Positions 36,232 through 46,072 of a stretch of DNA of 64,000 nucleotides are shown in pieces (the first letter of the stretch is position 1; each line of letters opens with the position of its first letter). The DNA is from Candidatus Bathyarchaeota archaeon (lineage in GTDB: Archaea > Thermoproteota > Bathyarchaeia > Bathyarchaeales > Bathyarchaeaceae). Position numbers and translations under genes: made by a program. The notes below the pieces were generated by a model. That model was not told where the DNA came from. It saw only the letters and a program-made list of their open reading frames with translations, and ran no database searches. The DNA lies in assembly GCA_050123155.1 (NCBI GenBank), contig JASFHP010000002.1:3990-67989 (forward strand), given 5' to 3'.

Positions 36232-39099
36232 TTGGTTTCTCGCTCAACTAGAAGCAAACTGAAAGTGGCTTTTTTTGCTAACTTGATTGTTTTAGCTGTT
36301 GCAGTTCCAAGTTACTTGTATGTCGAGTCGCTGATTCCCAAACCCGCCGAATTTCAAGTAGCTGACTTGGTTTTTGACCAAAGCTGGGTTCAAGTTGGAA
36401 CTCCCGTGGAAATCTCGGTTAACGTAACCAACATTGGAGACTTGAGCGGTAACTGTTCGGTAACCCTGACAATAGATGATGCTCCGATAACAACGAAAAC
36501 GGTTCAGCTTTCAGCGGCAGAAACTGCAACATTATCCTTCACTGCCCCAGATTTAGCGGTGGGAAACCACACAGTCGCCATAGGCGATTTAACTGGATCA
36601 GTTAGAGTTACGGTGGAAGCGCCAATCCGACCAGCCGAACTACAGATAACAAATCTGGCGATTAGCCGAAAAGAAGCTGGAATCGGAGAAACTGTAACCG
36701 TTTCAGCTACGGCGACCAACATTGGGGATGTGGCTGGCGAGTTTTCGCTGAATCTTTTTGTGAATGACGAAAAGCGGGAAACCAAGGTTGTCCAGTTGGA
36801 TAGCGGCGAAACCGCAACTGTAGAATTTGAAGTTGTTGAAGATGTTGAGGGCGACTACGCGGTCAGGTTAGGCGCTTTAACTGACTCCTTTAGTGTTACT
36901 TCTGATCCTCCAGAGGTTGAGCCTGCAGAGTTTCAGGTAACCGAGTTAACGGTTAATCCTTCTTCTGTTGTGGCTGATGAAGTTGTGGAAATTTCTGTTA
37001 GGGTAACCAATGTTGGAGAAGCCAGCGGCAGTTATACTGTGGACCTCAAAATCGATGATACCGTAAGAGAAACAAAGAATGTTGCCTTGTCTGGCGGCGC
37101 AACTGTGGTTGTAACCTGTGAAGTAACTGAGACATATCCGGGCGTGCACAGTGTTGAGATAGGCGACCTGTCAGGGTCATTCACTGTTGAAGGCTTGGTT
37201 CCTGCATCAGAGCACATAGACCTGCATAATGTCAGGGTAAGCCCCTATGAAGTTGTGGATGGCGATACAGTAACCATCAAAGCTAAAGCCGATAATCTGG
37301 CGAATGAAGAGGGTACACTTCAGGTAAGGGTTTTGCTGGATGAAGTGGTTGAGACAACTGAAATGTTCCAGTTGGCTGCGGCTGCAAAAGATGTGCCAAT
37401 CGAAATCACAGTTACAGCAGAATACACGGGGGATGGAACAGAATCAGATGGATACAACGTTAAGTTACTGAATCTCGGAAATCAAAGCGATACTCATTCA
37501 GGATACTTCTTGGTTGTTCCTGATGGATTCCACACTCTCAGTATTTCAGCGAACGCTATCGGCATGGAGTTTACCCTAAACGGCGAAACTTATTCTGCAC
37601 CATATAGTGCACTCTTGCCTGAGGGAACTTACACCATAACAGTGCCTGACGGTTTCAAAGGCGGAGGAACATTCTGGAATTGGACCAGCTGGAGTGATGG
37701 ACCGACAGACCTCACCAGAGTTATAGAGCTAAACCAGCGTACGTCTCTTATTGCCACCTATTTGAACTGTAAATCTTGTCCTTCCCTGTACGTTTGGAAT
37801 GGAGAGGAATACTTGTACACTGGCGAAATATCTGATGGCACAGGCTACTTGGGAATTTTTGACTACTTCCGAGAAGACGGAAGCCTATCCTTCCTTTACA
37901 GCGTTCCATGGGACTACCTCAAATTGAATGCGAGCCGACTTGAAGCAAACGACGGCTACTACGACATGGTCATCACCCAAAAATGGGACGAAATCGCCTA
38001 TGTGGATTCTGCCACATTAATGATTGTTGAACACTCAGCCGATGTGGATGTGTATTCAACCAAAGCCACGTACCTGTATGAGCCTGAGGGGCAAGGCACA
38101 ATTTACTCTGTCAGCAAAGACCCTCGTTCCCCAGTTTCCTGCGTCACAGGAGATGGAGAAGACGTATTGTCTTTAGTCTTGGAACGTGACGGAGTGACCA
38201 CCGATGGCAACGAATTCACATGGGACACCTTGGAGTTAGACTTAGGCGACCTCTCTGATGCAGAAGAAATTAAGCTCATAGTCGCCGGAACAATAATTTA
38301 CTCTACGGGTGAAGAGCAGGGGGAATGGGCTGCGCAGTTCTATAATCAGCCTGGTGAGCAGCCGTTTCCGCCTCCTTATATGGAGGTTAAAGACGCTGAA
38401 GGCAACTGGGTTCGTGTTGCGGATAACAGGCAGTTCCCGTTGCTTGATGTTACGCCCGACTGCTTTGTGGTAAACTTGACTGGCGTCTTCCTGACGGATG
38501 ATTACTCCATTAGGATACACACTTTCTTCAACACCGAATTCGATTATATCGGAGTGGACACAACATCACAGCAGGATGTGACTGTTCGGGAGGTAACTGT
38601 TTCATCTGCCACTTTGTACCAAGCTTTCACAACTAATTCCACTTCAACAGGAAATTTCACGCGATACGGCGACGTAACCGAGCTTATGGAATACGCAGAC
38701 GACATGTATGTGATAACGCGACAAGGAGACGAAATACACCTGCTGTTCCCCGCTGAGACGGATCCAGTTGCAGAAGGTATGGAGTGTGATTACTTCGTGT
38801 TTGCTAGTGTATGGTTCAAAGTTGATGGGCTGTTTTACGTAGACTTCAATGTGGAGCCTTTACCGTTCCATAACATGACTTGCTTCCCGTATGATACAGA
38901 AACAGAAAGCTATCCCTACGATGCAGAACATCTAGAGTATCTGGAGGAATACAACACCCGAGTGATAGAAGCTACGCAACAAGAAACGGGTTCCCAACAA
39001 GAAACTGCAGCAAATCTGATTTCTTTCATGCTCTTTTTGATAGTGCCTTTAATGTTCCAGAGACGCCCACAACATGCACTGCCACGGTTTTCCCGTTAA
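36232..39099 (+). CDS. Large surface protein: N-terminal TM anchor, 4 CARDB-like repeats, ~500-aa C-terminal domain and a C-terminal hydrophobic segment
   Basis: The repeats share the pattern PAEFQV..L.....V..G..V.ISV.VTN[IV]G..[SA]G. TTG start. Confidence 0.75.
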   Translation: MVSRSTRSKLKVAFFANLIVLAVAVPSYLYVESLIPKPAEFQVADLVFDQSWVQVGTPVEISVNVTNIGDLSGNCSVTLTIDDAPITTKTVQLSAAETATLSFTAPDLAVGNHTVAIGDLTGSVRVTVEAPIRPAELQITNLAISRKEAGIGETVTVSATATNIGDVAGEFSLNLFVNDEKRETKVVQLDSGETATVEFEVVEDVEGDYAVRLGALTDSFSVTSDPPEVEPAEFQVTELTVNPSSVVADEVVEISVRVTNVGEASGSYTVDLKIDDTVRETKNVALSGGATVVVTCEVTETYPGVHSVEIGDLSGSFTVEGLVPASEHIDLHNVRVSPYEVVDGDTVTIKAKADNLANEEGTLQVRVLLDEVVETTEMFQLAAAAKDVPIEITVTAEYTGDGTESDGYNVKLLNLGNQSDTHSGYFLVVPDGFHTLSISANAIGMEFTLNGETYSAPYSALLPEGTYTITVPDGFKGGGTFWNWTSWSDGPTDLTRVIELNQRTSLIATYLNCKSCPSLYVWNGEEYLYTGEISDGTGYLGIFDYFREDGSLSFLYSVPWDYLKLNASRLEANDGYYDMVITQKWDEIAYVDSATLMIVEHSADVDVYSTKATYLYEPEGQGTIYSVSKDPRSPVSCVTGDGEDVLSLVLERDGVTTDGNEFTWDTLELDLGDLSDAEEIKLIVAGTIIYSTGEEQGEWAAQFYNQPGEQPFPPPYMEVKDAEGNWVRVADNRQFPLLDVTPDCFVVNLTGVFLTDDYSIRIHTFFNTEFDYIGVDTTSQQDVTVREVTVSSATLYQAFTTNSTSTGNFTRYGDVTELMEYADDMYVITRQGDEIHLLFPAETDPVAEGMECDYFVFASVWFKVDGLFYVDFNVEPLPFHNMTCFPYDTETESYPYDAEHLEYLEEYNTRVIEATQQETGSQQETAANLISFMLFLIVPLMFQRRPQHALPRFSR
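36343..37477 (+). repeat. Four tandem CARDB-like coding repeats (~90-95 aa each)
   Basis: Read from the translation: the units begin PAEFQVADL, RPAELQITNL, EPAEFQVTEL and EHIDLHNVRV. Confidence 0.7.
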
Positions 39100-39340
39100 G
39101 CTCCATAATTGATGCGATGGCTGCTCTGACTTTCTCCAGCATCCTGTGGGAACAGCAAATCACAACTTGATGCTTCTCCGGAATATACTTTATCAATTTG
39201 AGGTTTGCTTTGCTGGCGCCGTATTCACCGAAGAGCCTGATGACCGAAGCCTGAACCGCATCCAATACTGCCCTTTCATCGACAGGCTGGTCACCCACAA
39301 CTTCTAGAGCCAAATAGCGTCTCTTCTCTCGTTTAATCAT
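39026..39340 (-). CDS. rnp2: RNase P protein component 2 (Pop5)
   Basis: KRRYLALEV... N-terminus and ~105-aa size. ATGA overlap with the upstream Rpp30 gene. Conserved superoperon context. Confidence 0.8.
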   Translation of the reverse strand: MIKREKRRYLALEVVGDQPVDERAVLDAVQASVIRLFGEYGASKANLKLIKYIPEKHQVVICCSHRMLEKVRAAIASIMELNGKTVAVHVVGVSGTLKALSKRA

Positions 39341-40065
39341 CTGGCTTTCCTTCCTACAACACGTATTCCCGGAGCCACATAATCTGAACTCAACTTTTCC
39401 CTGTTTCGCGCAACCGTAACCCAAGGATTCTCCGACAGAGCCCTCAAGGCAGAGGACATGGACATGTCAAAGAGGGTTGTCAAGGCGGCGTAGTCGTGTG
39501 GTCCCCTCATGAGCTGCTCCTCTGTTGCACCGCTGGAAAGTGTGATTGGCACCCTAAGCCTTTCCGCTGTCTCCACTTCCCTTCGTAGACGAGATAAGAG
39601 GCGGATTCGAGAAAAGCTTGTTAACTGTAGTATGGGAGCCAGTTCGATTTCAAGGGATGAGAATGCCTGTGAGGCAAGCTCAGCTTCTGCTTGGTCAAAG
39701 AATCTTTTGCGGATGTTTGTGACCGAAAATTGGAGCAGGTCCACTCTTCTGTCCTTGGCTGCCTGTCTGGCAACGTCTTTTGTGTGGCATCTCACGGCTA
39801 CGATCTCAAATTTTCTTCTATAACGACGCAGACTCTGGAGAAGCTCATTGGAGTTTCTGGGAGAAAAATTCACTCTTGTGGCAAAGTCTACTTTTGCGTC
39901 GTTACAGATTTGTTCAAGTTGGCTGATCTGCTTTCTGCTGGTTTGGGGTGAAAATGGTATCCCAACTAGATTGTAGCCTAGCCCAGAGGCTTTCCTGATC
40001 ATGCTTTCTGCCTTAGCTTGGTCGTCGAGGGGTACGCGGAGGTGCAGGTCAGTGAATCGCTTCAT
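39337..40065 (-). CDS. rnp3: RNase P protein component 3 (Rpp30, PHP-like fold)
   Basis: MKRFTDLHLRV N-terminus. ATGA overlaps with both flanking genes. Context L15e-DUF54-Rpp30-Pop5. Confidence 0.8.
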   Translation of the reverse strand: MKRFTDLHLRVPLDDQAKAESMIRKASGLGYNLVGIPFSPQTSRKQISQLEQICNDAKVDFATRVNFSPRNSNELLQSLRRYRRKFEIVAVRCHTKDVARQAAKDRRVDLLQFSVTNIRKRFFDQAEAELASQAFSSLEIELAPILQLTSFSRIRLLSRLRREVETAERLRVPITLSSGATEEQLMRGPHDYAALTTLFDMSMSSALRALSENPWVTVARNREKLSSDYVAPGIRVVGRKAR

Positions 40066-40505
40066 TTTATCATCCCGATTTCTCTGCAAATCTGGATTAC
40101 GTCTTCGGTTTTATTTTTTCTGAATCTGACGCGTATGCGGATGGGGTCGGATGTGGCGAATTTCATTTTGCCTCTGAGAGCAGCCTGTTTGTCTAGCCTG
40201 ATGAAAAGGCTTCCCTTCTCAACGCAGCGGTTTATTGTTCTGTCTAACTCTTCTTTGTCCAAGGAACTGAGGTTGGCTGAAAGATTCTCCACCAAGGCTC
40301 TAACTGCTTTTTTGCTTTTTATTCGTGTGTCAAAAAGGGCTATGGGGTTGCCGTAATGACCCTCCACGTTGTTTCTCTTGAAGGTTATATCTTCTATGTG
40401 GTCGCTTGGCAAAACATTCTGAACAGCATCCATAACCTTGTCCAAGTCCTCTGTGGCGTGGGCGCAGAATCGAACATCAACGTAGGCTACAGGCAACTGA
40501 GACAA
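40062..40505 (-). CDS. DUF54 (COG1325) RNA-binding protein, predicted exosome-associated subunit
   Basis: VDVRFCAHATEDLDKVMDAVQNVLP resembles the family N-terminus. It sits in the canonical position between L15e and Rpp30. Confidence 0.65.
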   Translation of the reverse strand: MSQLPVAYVDVRFCAHATEDLDKVMDAVQNVLPSDHIEDITFKRNNVEGHYGNPIALFDTRIKSKKAVRALVENLSANLSSLDKEELDRTINRCVEKGSLFIRLDKQAALRGKMKFATSDPIRIRVRFRKNKTEDVIQICREIGMIK

Positions 40506-40631
40506 AACCTATCTCACCCTCACAATAAATTCTATTACATGCTACTTGATATAAATATGTCAACGGAGTTGCAACGGAAGCATTCAATCAAAGGAAGGGA
40601 GTTGCTGTGTGTCCCTTGGAAAAGCCGCGGC

Positions 40632-41195
40632 TCATTTTTTGTGTCTTCGTCTGATTACCGCTTTTTTGCTTGGTCTTGCCTTCTCTGCTCCTAACCCTCT
40701 GTGGTGTAGTCCACGCACTTGTTTGCCTGCGCTGGTTAAGCCACGGAACGCTCGTCCTGTCTGATTTGCTATGGGATGATCCGGCAGAATAGCAGGATCA
40801 ACCATGATTATTTCGTACCATTTGAAGCGTCCATCCTCCCAGACCCAGTAGGAATTCAATACTTCCAGGTTTGGGAAACGTTTAGCCGCCCGCTCCTCGG
40901 CAATCAGTCTCATGTTCTTGGCGACCTTGAATTTGTTTACACCCAGCCGTTTTTGTCTGCGTCCGCCAGTTGGACGGGTTTTTCTGAAGCCTGAACGTCT
41001 AACCCGAACCCGAGCCAAAACAATGCCCTGCTTAGCCTTGTATCCAAGATTTCTTGCACGGTCCAGTCGGGTTGGTCTTTCGATTCTTATGATGGCGTTC
41101 TGTTTGCGCCATTTTATGGCTCTCTGCCACATTAACTCCTTAACAAAGGATTCTTTCGGCTTTTTCCAAGCCTCTGCAATATATTTGTAGGCCAT
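40632..41195 (-). CDS. rpl15e: 50S ribosomal protein L15e
   Basis: [13 protein letters not shown]... and an Arg/Lys-rich body typical of L15e. Confidence 0.92.
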   Translation of the reverse strand: MAYKYIAEAWKKPKESFVKELMWQRAIKWRKQNAIIRIERPTRLDRARNLGYKAKQGIVLARVRVRRSGFRKTRPTGGRRQKRLGVNKFKVAKNMRLIAEERAAKRFPNLEVLNSYWVWEDGRFKWYEIIMVDPAILPDHPIANQTGRAFRGLTSAGKQVRGLHHRGLGAEKARPSKKAVIRRRHKK

Positions 41196-41334
41196 TCCTC
41201 ATTCCTCAAGTTTTTGCGGTTCAACCCTGTCGGGTCACATCCCATCGGAACTTGTAGCTAACAACAAAAGAACAGTTAATAAACCTTTTTCAGTCTTCAA
41301 GTGTGTCGTCGCAAAACAGGTGCTGGCGGATGAT

Positions 41335-42093
41335 TCATTTTTCTCCAGCGATAATAGCCGTGGTTCCTAGAAACAGGGGCAGTTTCAGCGCCCGTGGGAC
41401 AAACTCTTCATCGCATGTTCTGATAAACTCCACTTTGTCTATTCCCCAGCTTTTGATGGCGTCTACTAGGTCGTCTGGGTTTCCGTAAATCTGTTTGACT
41501 AGAAACTCGTCCTGAAAAGCAAACTTTCCGCCCTTCTTAACTACACGCAACGCTTCGCGGATAACCTCCCGCTTATCTTTGGCGTCGCTGACCTCATGGA
41601 ACACAAAATTGCTCACCGCAGCATCAAAATACTCATCATCAAAAGGCAACGAGGCAGCACTGGCTTTCTGGAACGTCATCCGCTCACTTACTCCCTCAAT
41701 CTCTGCATTTCTTTCACAAGCTTTTTTGGAGTACTCCCAGCCTTTTCCCCAGTAATCAATGCCGATGGCATACGCCTTTGGGTACTTCTGAGCGATTTTA
41801 ATGGCGAGTGCACCGTTTCCACATCCTATATCCAAGGATTTCCCTTCACCATTCCAATCCAAGTGTGATAACACTAACTGCCAGACAGAGTTCTGAATGT
41901 TTCCTCCACCAGAAGAGAATTCGTAGCGGGCATACACAAAAAATGCGGCAACAAAAAAGAACAATACTGCAGGAATCAGCAAGAAAATAGACCAGAGAGC
42001 CGACACCAAAAACAGTAAACCGATTATAACCGCTCCATAGATGAATCTCATTGGAACCCAATTGCCATAATCCGGCTTCGACACCCCTAGCAC
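41335..42093 (-). CDS. Class I SAM-dependent methyltransferase with two N-terminal TM helices
   Basis: Motif I LDIGCGNG and the post-I acidic residue pattern. Confidence 0.8.
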   Translation of the reverse strand: MLGVSKPDYGNWVPMRFIYGAVIIGLLFLVSALWSIFLLIPAVLFFFVAAFFVYARYEFSSGGGNIQNSVWQLVLSHLDWNGEGKSLDIGCGNGALAIKIAQKYPKAYAIGIDYWGKGWEYSKKACERNAEIEGVSERMTFQKASAASLPFDDEYFDAAVSNFVFHEVSDAKDKREVIREALRVVKKGGKFAFQDEFLVKQIYGNPDDLVDAIKSWGIDKVEFIRTCDEEFVPRALKLPLFLGTTAIIAGEK

Positions 42094-42189
42094 CCCCTCT
42101 TCCTGTTAAGAAACCACTATCCATCAAACTAGAATATAATTTTATTCCACAAAAACGAATTACAGTATAATTATTCGAAAAACTTTTGT

Positions 42190-42864
42190 TTACTCTTTGT
42201 CTACAAGTTTTGCTTCTTTTACCACAAGAACGCCGCTGCCGTTTTCGTAGTTTGTTTCAGCCTCCACTATTTCGATGCGCTTCTTGTATATCGGGGCGTC
42301 CAGAACTAGGGATTCGTATTCGCCGCCTTCACCAACCAAACTAATCTGATATTTCTTATGCAATTCCACAAGCTTCTCTAACGTCGCAGAGTCGATTTCT
42401 CTTCCCAGCCAACTTTGGTCCAAACCGTAAGCATACACCCCCACGATAATAACCTTGAATTTGAGGTCAATCAGCTCATTCATAATGTCCAGAGGCTCTT
42501 CGTGCCACAGCGGAGCAACAGACTTGAGTCCCAGCTCATCGCATATTCGGTCGATTCTTTCCTTCTGATACGAGGACAGCACAGCCCCAGTTACAATACC
42601 GTCCACGTCAAGAGACGCAAGCAGCCTCTTGAGGTCCTCAAGTTCCTTCTCTTTTATCCCAGATGTTTCGGCGGTAACCAACGGAATTTCAACCGCCCTA
42701 GAAAGAAGCCCTGTCAAACGAATGTTGGGAAAATGGAACATATAACTGTCCTCTCTCTTGGGGATCATGGTGGCTAAAACTGTGACGGTGTGACCCATCT
42801 GTTGTGCTCGGTAAAGGGCTAAAACTGAATCTTTTCCACCGGTAACTAACGCAGCCACACGCAT
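42190..42864 (-). CDS. Dph6-like diphthine-ammonia ligase / MJ0570-family N-type ATP pyrophosphatase
   Basis: MRVAALVTGGKDS PP-loop-like N-terminus and EGGEYESLV near the C-terminus. Confidence 0.8.
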   Translation of the reverse strand: MRVAALVTGGKDSVLALYRAQQMGHTVTVLATMIPKREDSYMFHFPNIRLTGLLSRAVEIPLVTAETSGIKEKELEDLKRLLASLDVDGIVTGAVLSSYQKERIDRICDELGLKSVAPLWHEEPLDIMNELIDLKFKVIIVGVYAYGLDQSWLGREIDSATLEKLVELHKKYQISLVGEGGEYESLVLDAPIYKKRIEIVEAETNYENGSGVLVVKEAKLVDKE

Positions 42865-42901
42865 ACTTCAAGCACCCGACTGTAGATTTTGTTAAATTCG
42901 C

Positions 42902-44254
42902 TTACAGGTTCTTTGCTTTATCAACCAAAGCCTGAATCTTCTGTTCCCACTCCCTCAGCCCCTCAGGAGAAGAAGGATAGTTCCGATACAAAGTCTTAAT
43001 CTGCTTCATGAGCTTGGCAGTGGAATTCAGTTTTTTGAGAAGGGACAGGCTTCCAAGCCCCTTGAACAGCCTAGTAGTCTTTTCTGTTATGTTAAGCTTC
43101 AAATCTTCGCCCATGCTGGCTTTAAGCAAATCCTCGTCCGTTATTAGATGGTGCCGCATGCCATAATTCATTTCATTGTTGCTCAACCGCTGAAGAAGCA
43201 TGCGGAATATGTCCAGCCCCGCCTGTTTAGCTCCATACTCTTTCATGAATATGCCAGTGTATGGCCAGAGCGATTCTCGGCTCACATCCCCCTTTTCCAA
43301 CGCCTCTATGATTACTTCAGCAGCTTTTGCTCCGCCCATCATCGAAGGACCAATTCCGCCTCCATGAATGGGGTTAACTTGGCAAGCCGCGTCGCCGATA
43401 ATGATTATCCCGTTTCCTACCATGTTACTTATGGGTCTCCGTGTTGGAACAAGTCCTCCTCCGCCAGTCAAAGCCCTTGAATCCTTGAAGAACGGCATAG
43501 ACAAAACCTGTTCAATATACAAATCCTTGGGGTTAGGAAAACCCTTTTTCATGGCTACGCCCAAACCCACGTTAACCGTGTTTGAGCTTTTGGGGAAAAT
43601 CCAGCAGTATCCTCCCGGAAAACGCTGCAGGTCAAGATAAATTTTGCAAAATTCAGGTTCATCAATCGGTTCTTTTATTTCACGAATTTCGCGGTAGCAA
43701 ATCTCCACATCCTCATCGTTGACTTCGGTTTTGATTCCCATCTCTGGAGGAAGCTTCTTTCGCAGAACCGCTGAATGCCCACTTGCGTCTACCACAACTT
43801 GGGCGAATATTTCGCTGTTTTCTTCTGTCTTGGGGTCTTTAGTTGAGACGCCGACGACGTATCCGTCCTTTATGATTGGTTCCGTGACTATAGTTGAGTC
43901 GATCAGTGTCGCTCCAGCGTCTTTAGCCTCTTTCAGTAGTCTCTGACCGAAAAGTAGCCTGTTAATCAGGTATCCGTGGACGCCTTCACCCTGAACGTTA
44001 ACCACTGTATTCATGTCTGGGGAGTAAACTTTGATTCCCTCCATTGTCTGGTTAAGTTCCTCTCCTGAGGGATGCGCTATGCCTATGTTGTCGAAGTGGT
44101 GTTTCCCTATGGCGTCCCCGCAGACCTTCTCTCCTATCTTCTGTTCTGCTTTGCGGTCTATCATACAAACTTTGAGTCCAGCCTCAGCAACAGTCTTGGC
44201 GGCCAAGCATCCCCCTGTTCCGGCGCCAACAACTATAACATCAAACTTCTTCAA
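42902..44254 (-). CDS. Geranylgeranyl reductase-family FAD-dependent oxidoreductase
   Basis: FDVIVVGAGTGGCLAAK dinucleotide-binding motif and the IIIGDAA motif. Confidence 0.85.
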   Translation of the reverse strand: MKKFDVIVVGAGTGGCLAAKTVAEAGLKVCMIDRKAEQKIGEKVCGDAIGKHHFDNIGIAHPSGEELNQTMEGIKVYSPDMNTVVNVQGEGVHGYLINRLLFGQRLLKEAKDAGATLIDSTIVTEPIIKDGYVVGVSTKDPKTEENSEIFAQVVVDASGHSAVLRKKLPPEMGIKTEVNDEDVEICYREIREIKEPIDEPEFCKIYLDLQRFPGGYCWIFPKSSNTVNVGLGVAMKKGFPNPKDLYIEQVLSMPFFKDSRALTGGGGLVPTRRPISNMVGNGIIIIGDAACQVNPIHGGGIGPSMMGGAKAAEVIIEALEKGDVSRESLWPYTGIFMKEYGAKQAGLDIFRMLLQRLSNNEMNYGMRHHLITDEDLLKASMGEDLKLNITEKTTRLFKGLGSLSLLKKLNSTAKLMKQIKTLYRNYPSSPEGLREWEQKIQALVDKAKNL

Positions 44255-44409
44255 TGAATTCTATCTCCAATCTGCCTTCTTATTTTGCCCAAGAACAGCT
44301 TCATAACCTTTACGATATTCCCAGAACAGGCAAAAGAGCCAATTAAGGATAACCGATGTCAAAGAAGCAAGAAACTGGAGTAGCCCACAGGGAAAAGCCT
44401 CGGGCGATG

Positions 44410-44889
44410 CTACAGTAGTTCGTTGTAGTTCTGTGCTTCCCACACTTTGGTGACTTCAATGTGCACTTCTTTCGTGTAATCGTCTGGGTTATAGAGGTTG
44501 AGGTACCACACCATGTCCACATTTTCCGGGTCCACGCTCCATTTGACCATTCCGTTGTCTGTTTCGCACACCCACCTCTGAATCGTCCCTGACAATACTC
44601 CATCTACTTTACGTGGGAACCACCCAAGAGTGTCTTCGAACATAACCGCAGAGTGGGGAGTCCACTTTATGGTTCCTTCCGAAACTGTTAGTTTCACCTC
44701 AAACAGCACTGCAGGCGCAGACAGATAGAATGCCCTGAACTTCACCTCTTTCCCCTCGATAGTAATGGTGTTACTGTAAATTACCTCCCGTTTTTCCGTG
44801 TAGGCTAAAGTGTACATTACGCTGGCAATGCTTGAGAGAACAAGCAGCAAAGCGAGTGCGCCTATCTTAATGGTGTTTTTCTTTTGCAT
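44410..44889 (-). CDS. Membrane-anchored protein of unknown function
   Basis: A single N-terminal TM helix (IGALALLLVLSSIASVMYTLA). I recognise no family. Confidence 0.45.
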   Translation of the reverse strand: MQKKNTIKIGALALLLVLSSIASVMYTLAYTEKREVIYSNTITIEGKEVKFRAFYLSAPAVLFEVKLTVSEGTIKWTPHSAVMFEDTLGWFPRKVDGVLSGTIQRWVCETDNGMVKWSVDPENVDMVWYLNLYNPDDYTKEVHIEVTKVWEAQNYNELL

Positions 44890-45045
44890 TTTCCATCGCG
44901 CGTAGTTATAGTTGATAGAAATATTACTTCTTGTGATATGATAGATGCGACAGACAAGTAATTAAATGCATGTTTATTACTGTAAACACCGAAAAAGTGG
45001 CTGCACAACTGCGAAATGCGTGTATTCAGCTGAAAAACAGGGAAA

Positions 45046-45996
45046 CTAACAGTTCTCGCTGCATTTTTCTGCCTTGAATTTGTCCCAGCAGTGCACTATG
45101 TCCCGCATCAGTTCTGGTTGTAGGTCATAGAAGTCGTTTATTCTTCCTTCTGGAAAGTACATTCTGATGTTGACTTCGCGCCCAAGCCTGTCCATGTTCA
45201 GCATGCTTGCTTCAGGCTTCCTCGGAAGGATGTCCTTGTGTTTTTTGTAGAATTTTTCGATGGTTGGCTTGATGCAGTCTTCAATCATCTGTTTGTTTGT
45301 TCTGTTTTCGAGGTGTGGAAAGCCCATTTTGAAGGTGTAATCGATTATGTCTTTTCTTCCAGAATAGTTGAGGATTATGCTGTCCAAGACTTTTCTGTTC
45401 GGTATCTCGGTTATGTTGTAGGTGGGCGTGTAGATTTTGGTGTAGTTGATGGTTATCTCTTTGACTTCGCCTTCAACGTCTCCGATCTTCACGTAGTCTC
45501 TCACCATGAACGGTCGGGAAATCATAATGTAGAAACCCGCCAAGAAGTTACCTATTGTCTGAGTTGACGCGAAACCTATGGCTGTTCCTGTCAAAGCTCC
45601 GCCTGCAAGAAACAAATCTGTGGGCACCTTGAAGAGGATCATAAGAGCAATCACACCACCTGCAGCAACAAGTATTCTGACAACTAACTTCAAAATGTTG
45701 ACCGCATGAGGCTCCATGTTCAACCTTTTTCCATATCGAGCTATTGACCTGCGGATCACCTTGTCGAGAACAAAAGCGACAACGACGATAACTAGAGCTA
45801 AACCAGCGAGAATAAGGTTTTCAGTGGATAGGAAAGCCGGAAACATGACCTCACCATATAACAGGCAATGTTTGACTGGGCGGTCAGAAAAAAACCTTTC
45901 TGTAATCTCTGAAAAACGAAAATGATTCATGATTGACTGATTTACACTAGACGCTAGCCTTCGGCGCTTCTTGTCGTGTAGCAAGTAAGAAGCCAT
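45046..45996 (-). CDS. MscS-family mechanosensitive channel (start codon uncertain)
   Basis: GFASTQTIGNFLAGFYIMISRPFMVRDYVKIGDVEGEVKEITINYTKI is the MscS pore-helix/beta-domain signature. Confidence 0.75.
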   Translation of the reverse strand: MASYLLHDKKRRRLASSVNQSIMNHFRFSEITERFFSDRPVKHCLLYGEVMFPAFLSTENLILAGLALVIVVVAFVLDKVIRRSIARYGKRLNMEPHAVNILKLVVRILVAAGGVIALMILFKVPTDLFLAGGALTGTAIGFASTQTIGNFLAGFYIMISRPFMVRDYVKIGDVEGEVKEITINYTKIYTPTYNITEIPNRKVLDSIILNYSGRKDIIDYTFKMGFPHLENRTNKQMIEDCIKPTIEKFYKKHKDILPRKPEASMLNMDRLGREVNIRMYFPEGRINDFYDLQPELMRDIVHCWDKFKAEKCSENC

Positions 45997-46072
45997 ATAT
46001 GGCTAAATCCCTTTCATCAGATGAGAACATGCAGGCAAGCATGTTTGGTCAGGTCTAAGGGGCGCTTCCAAA

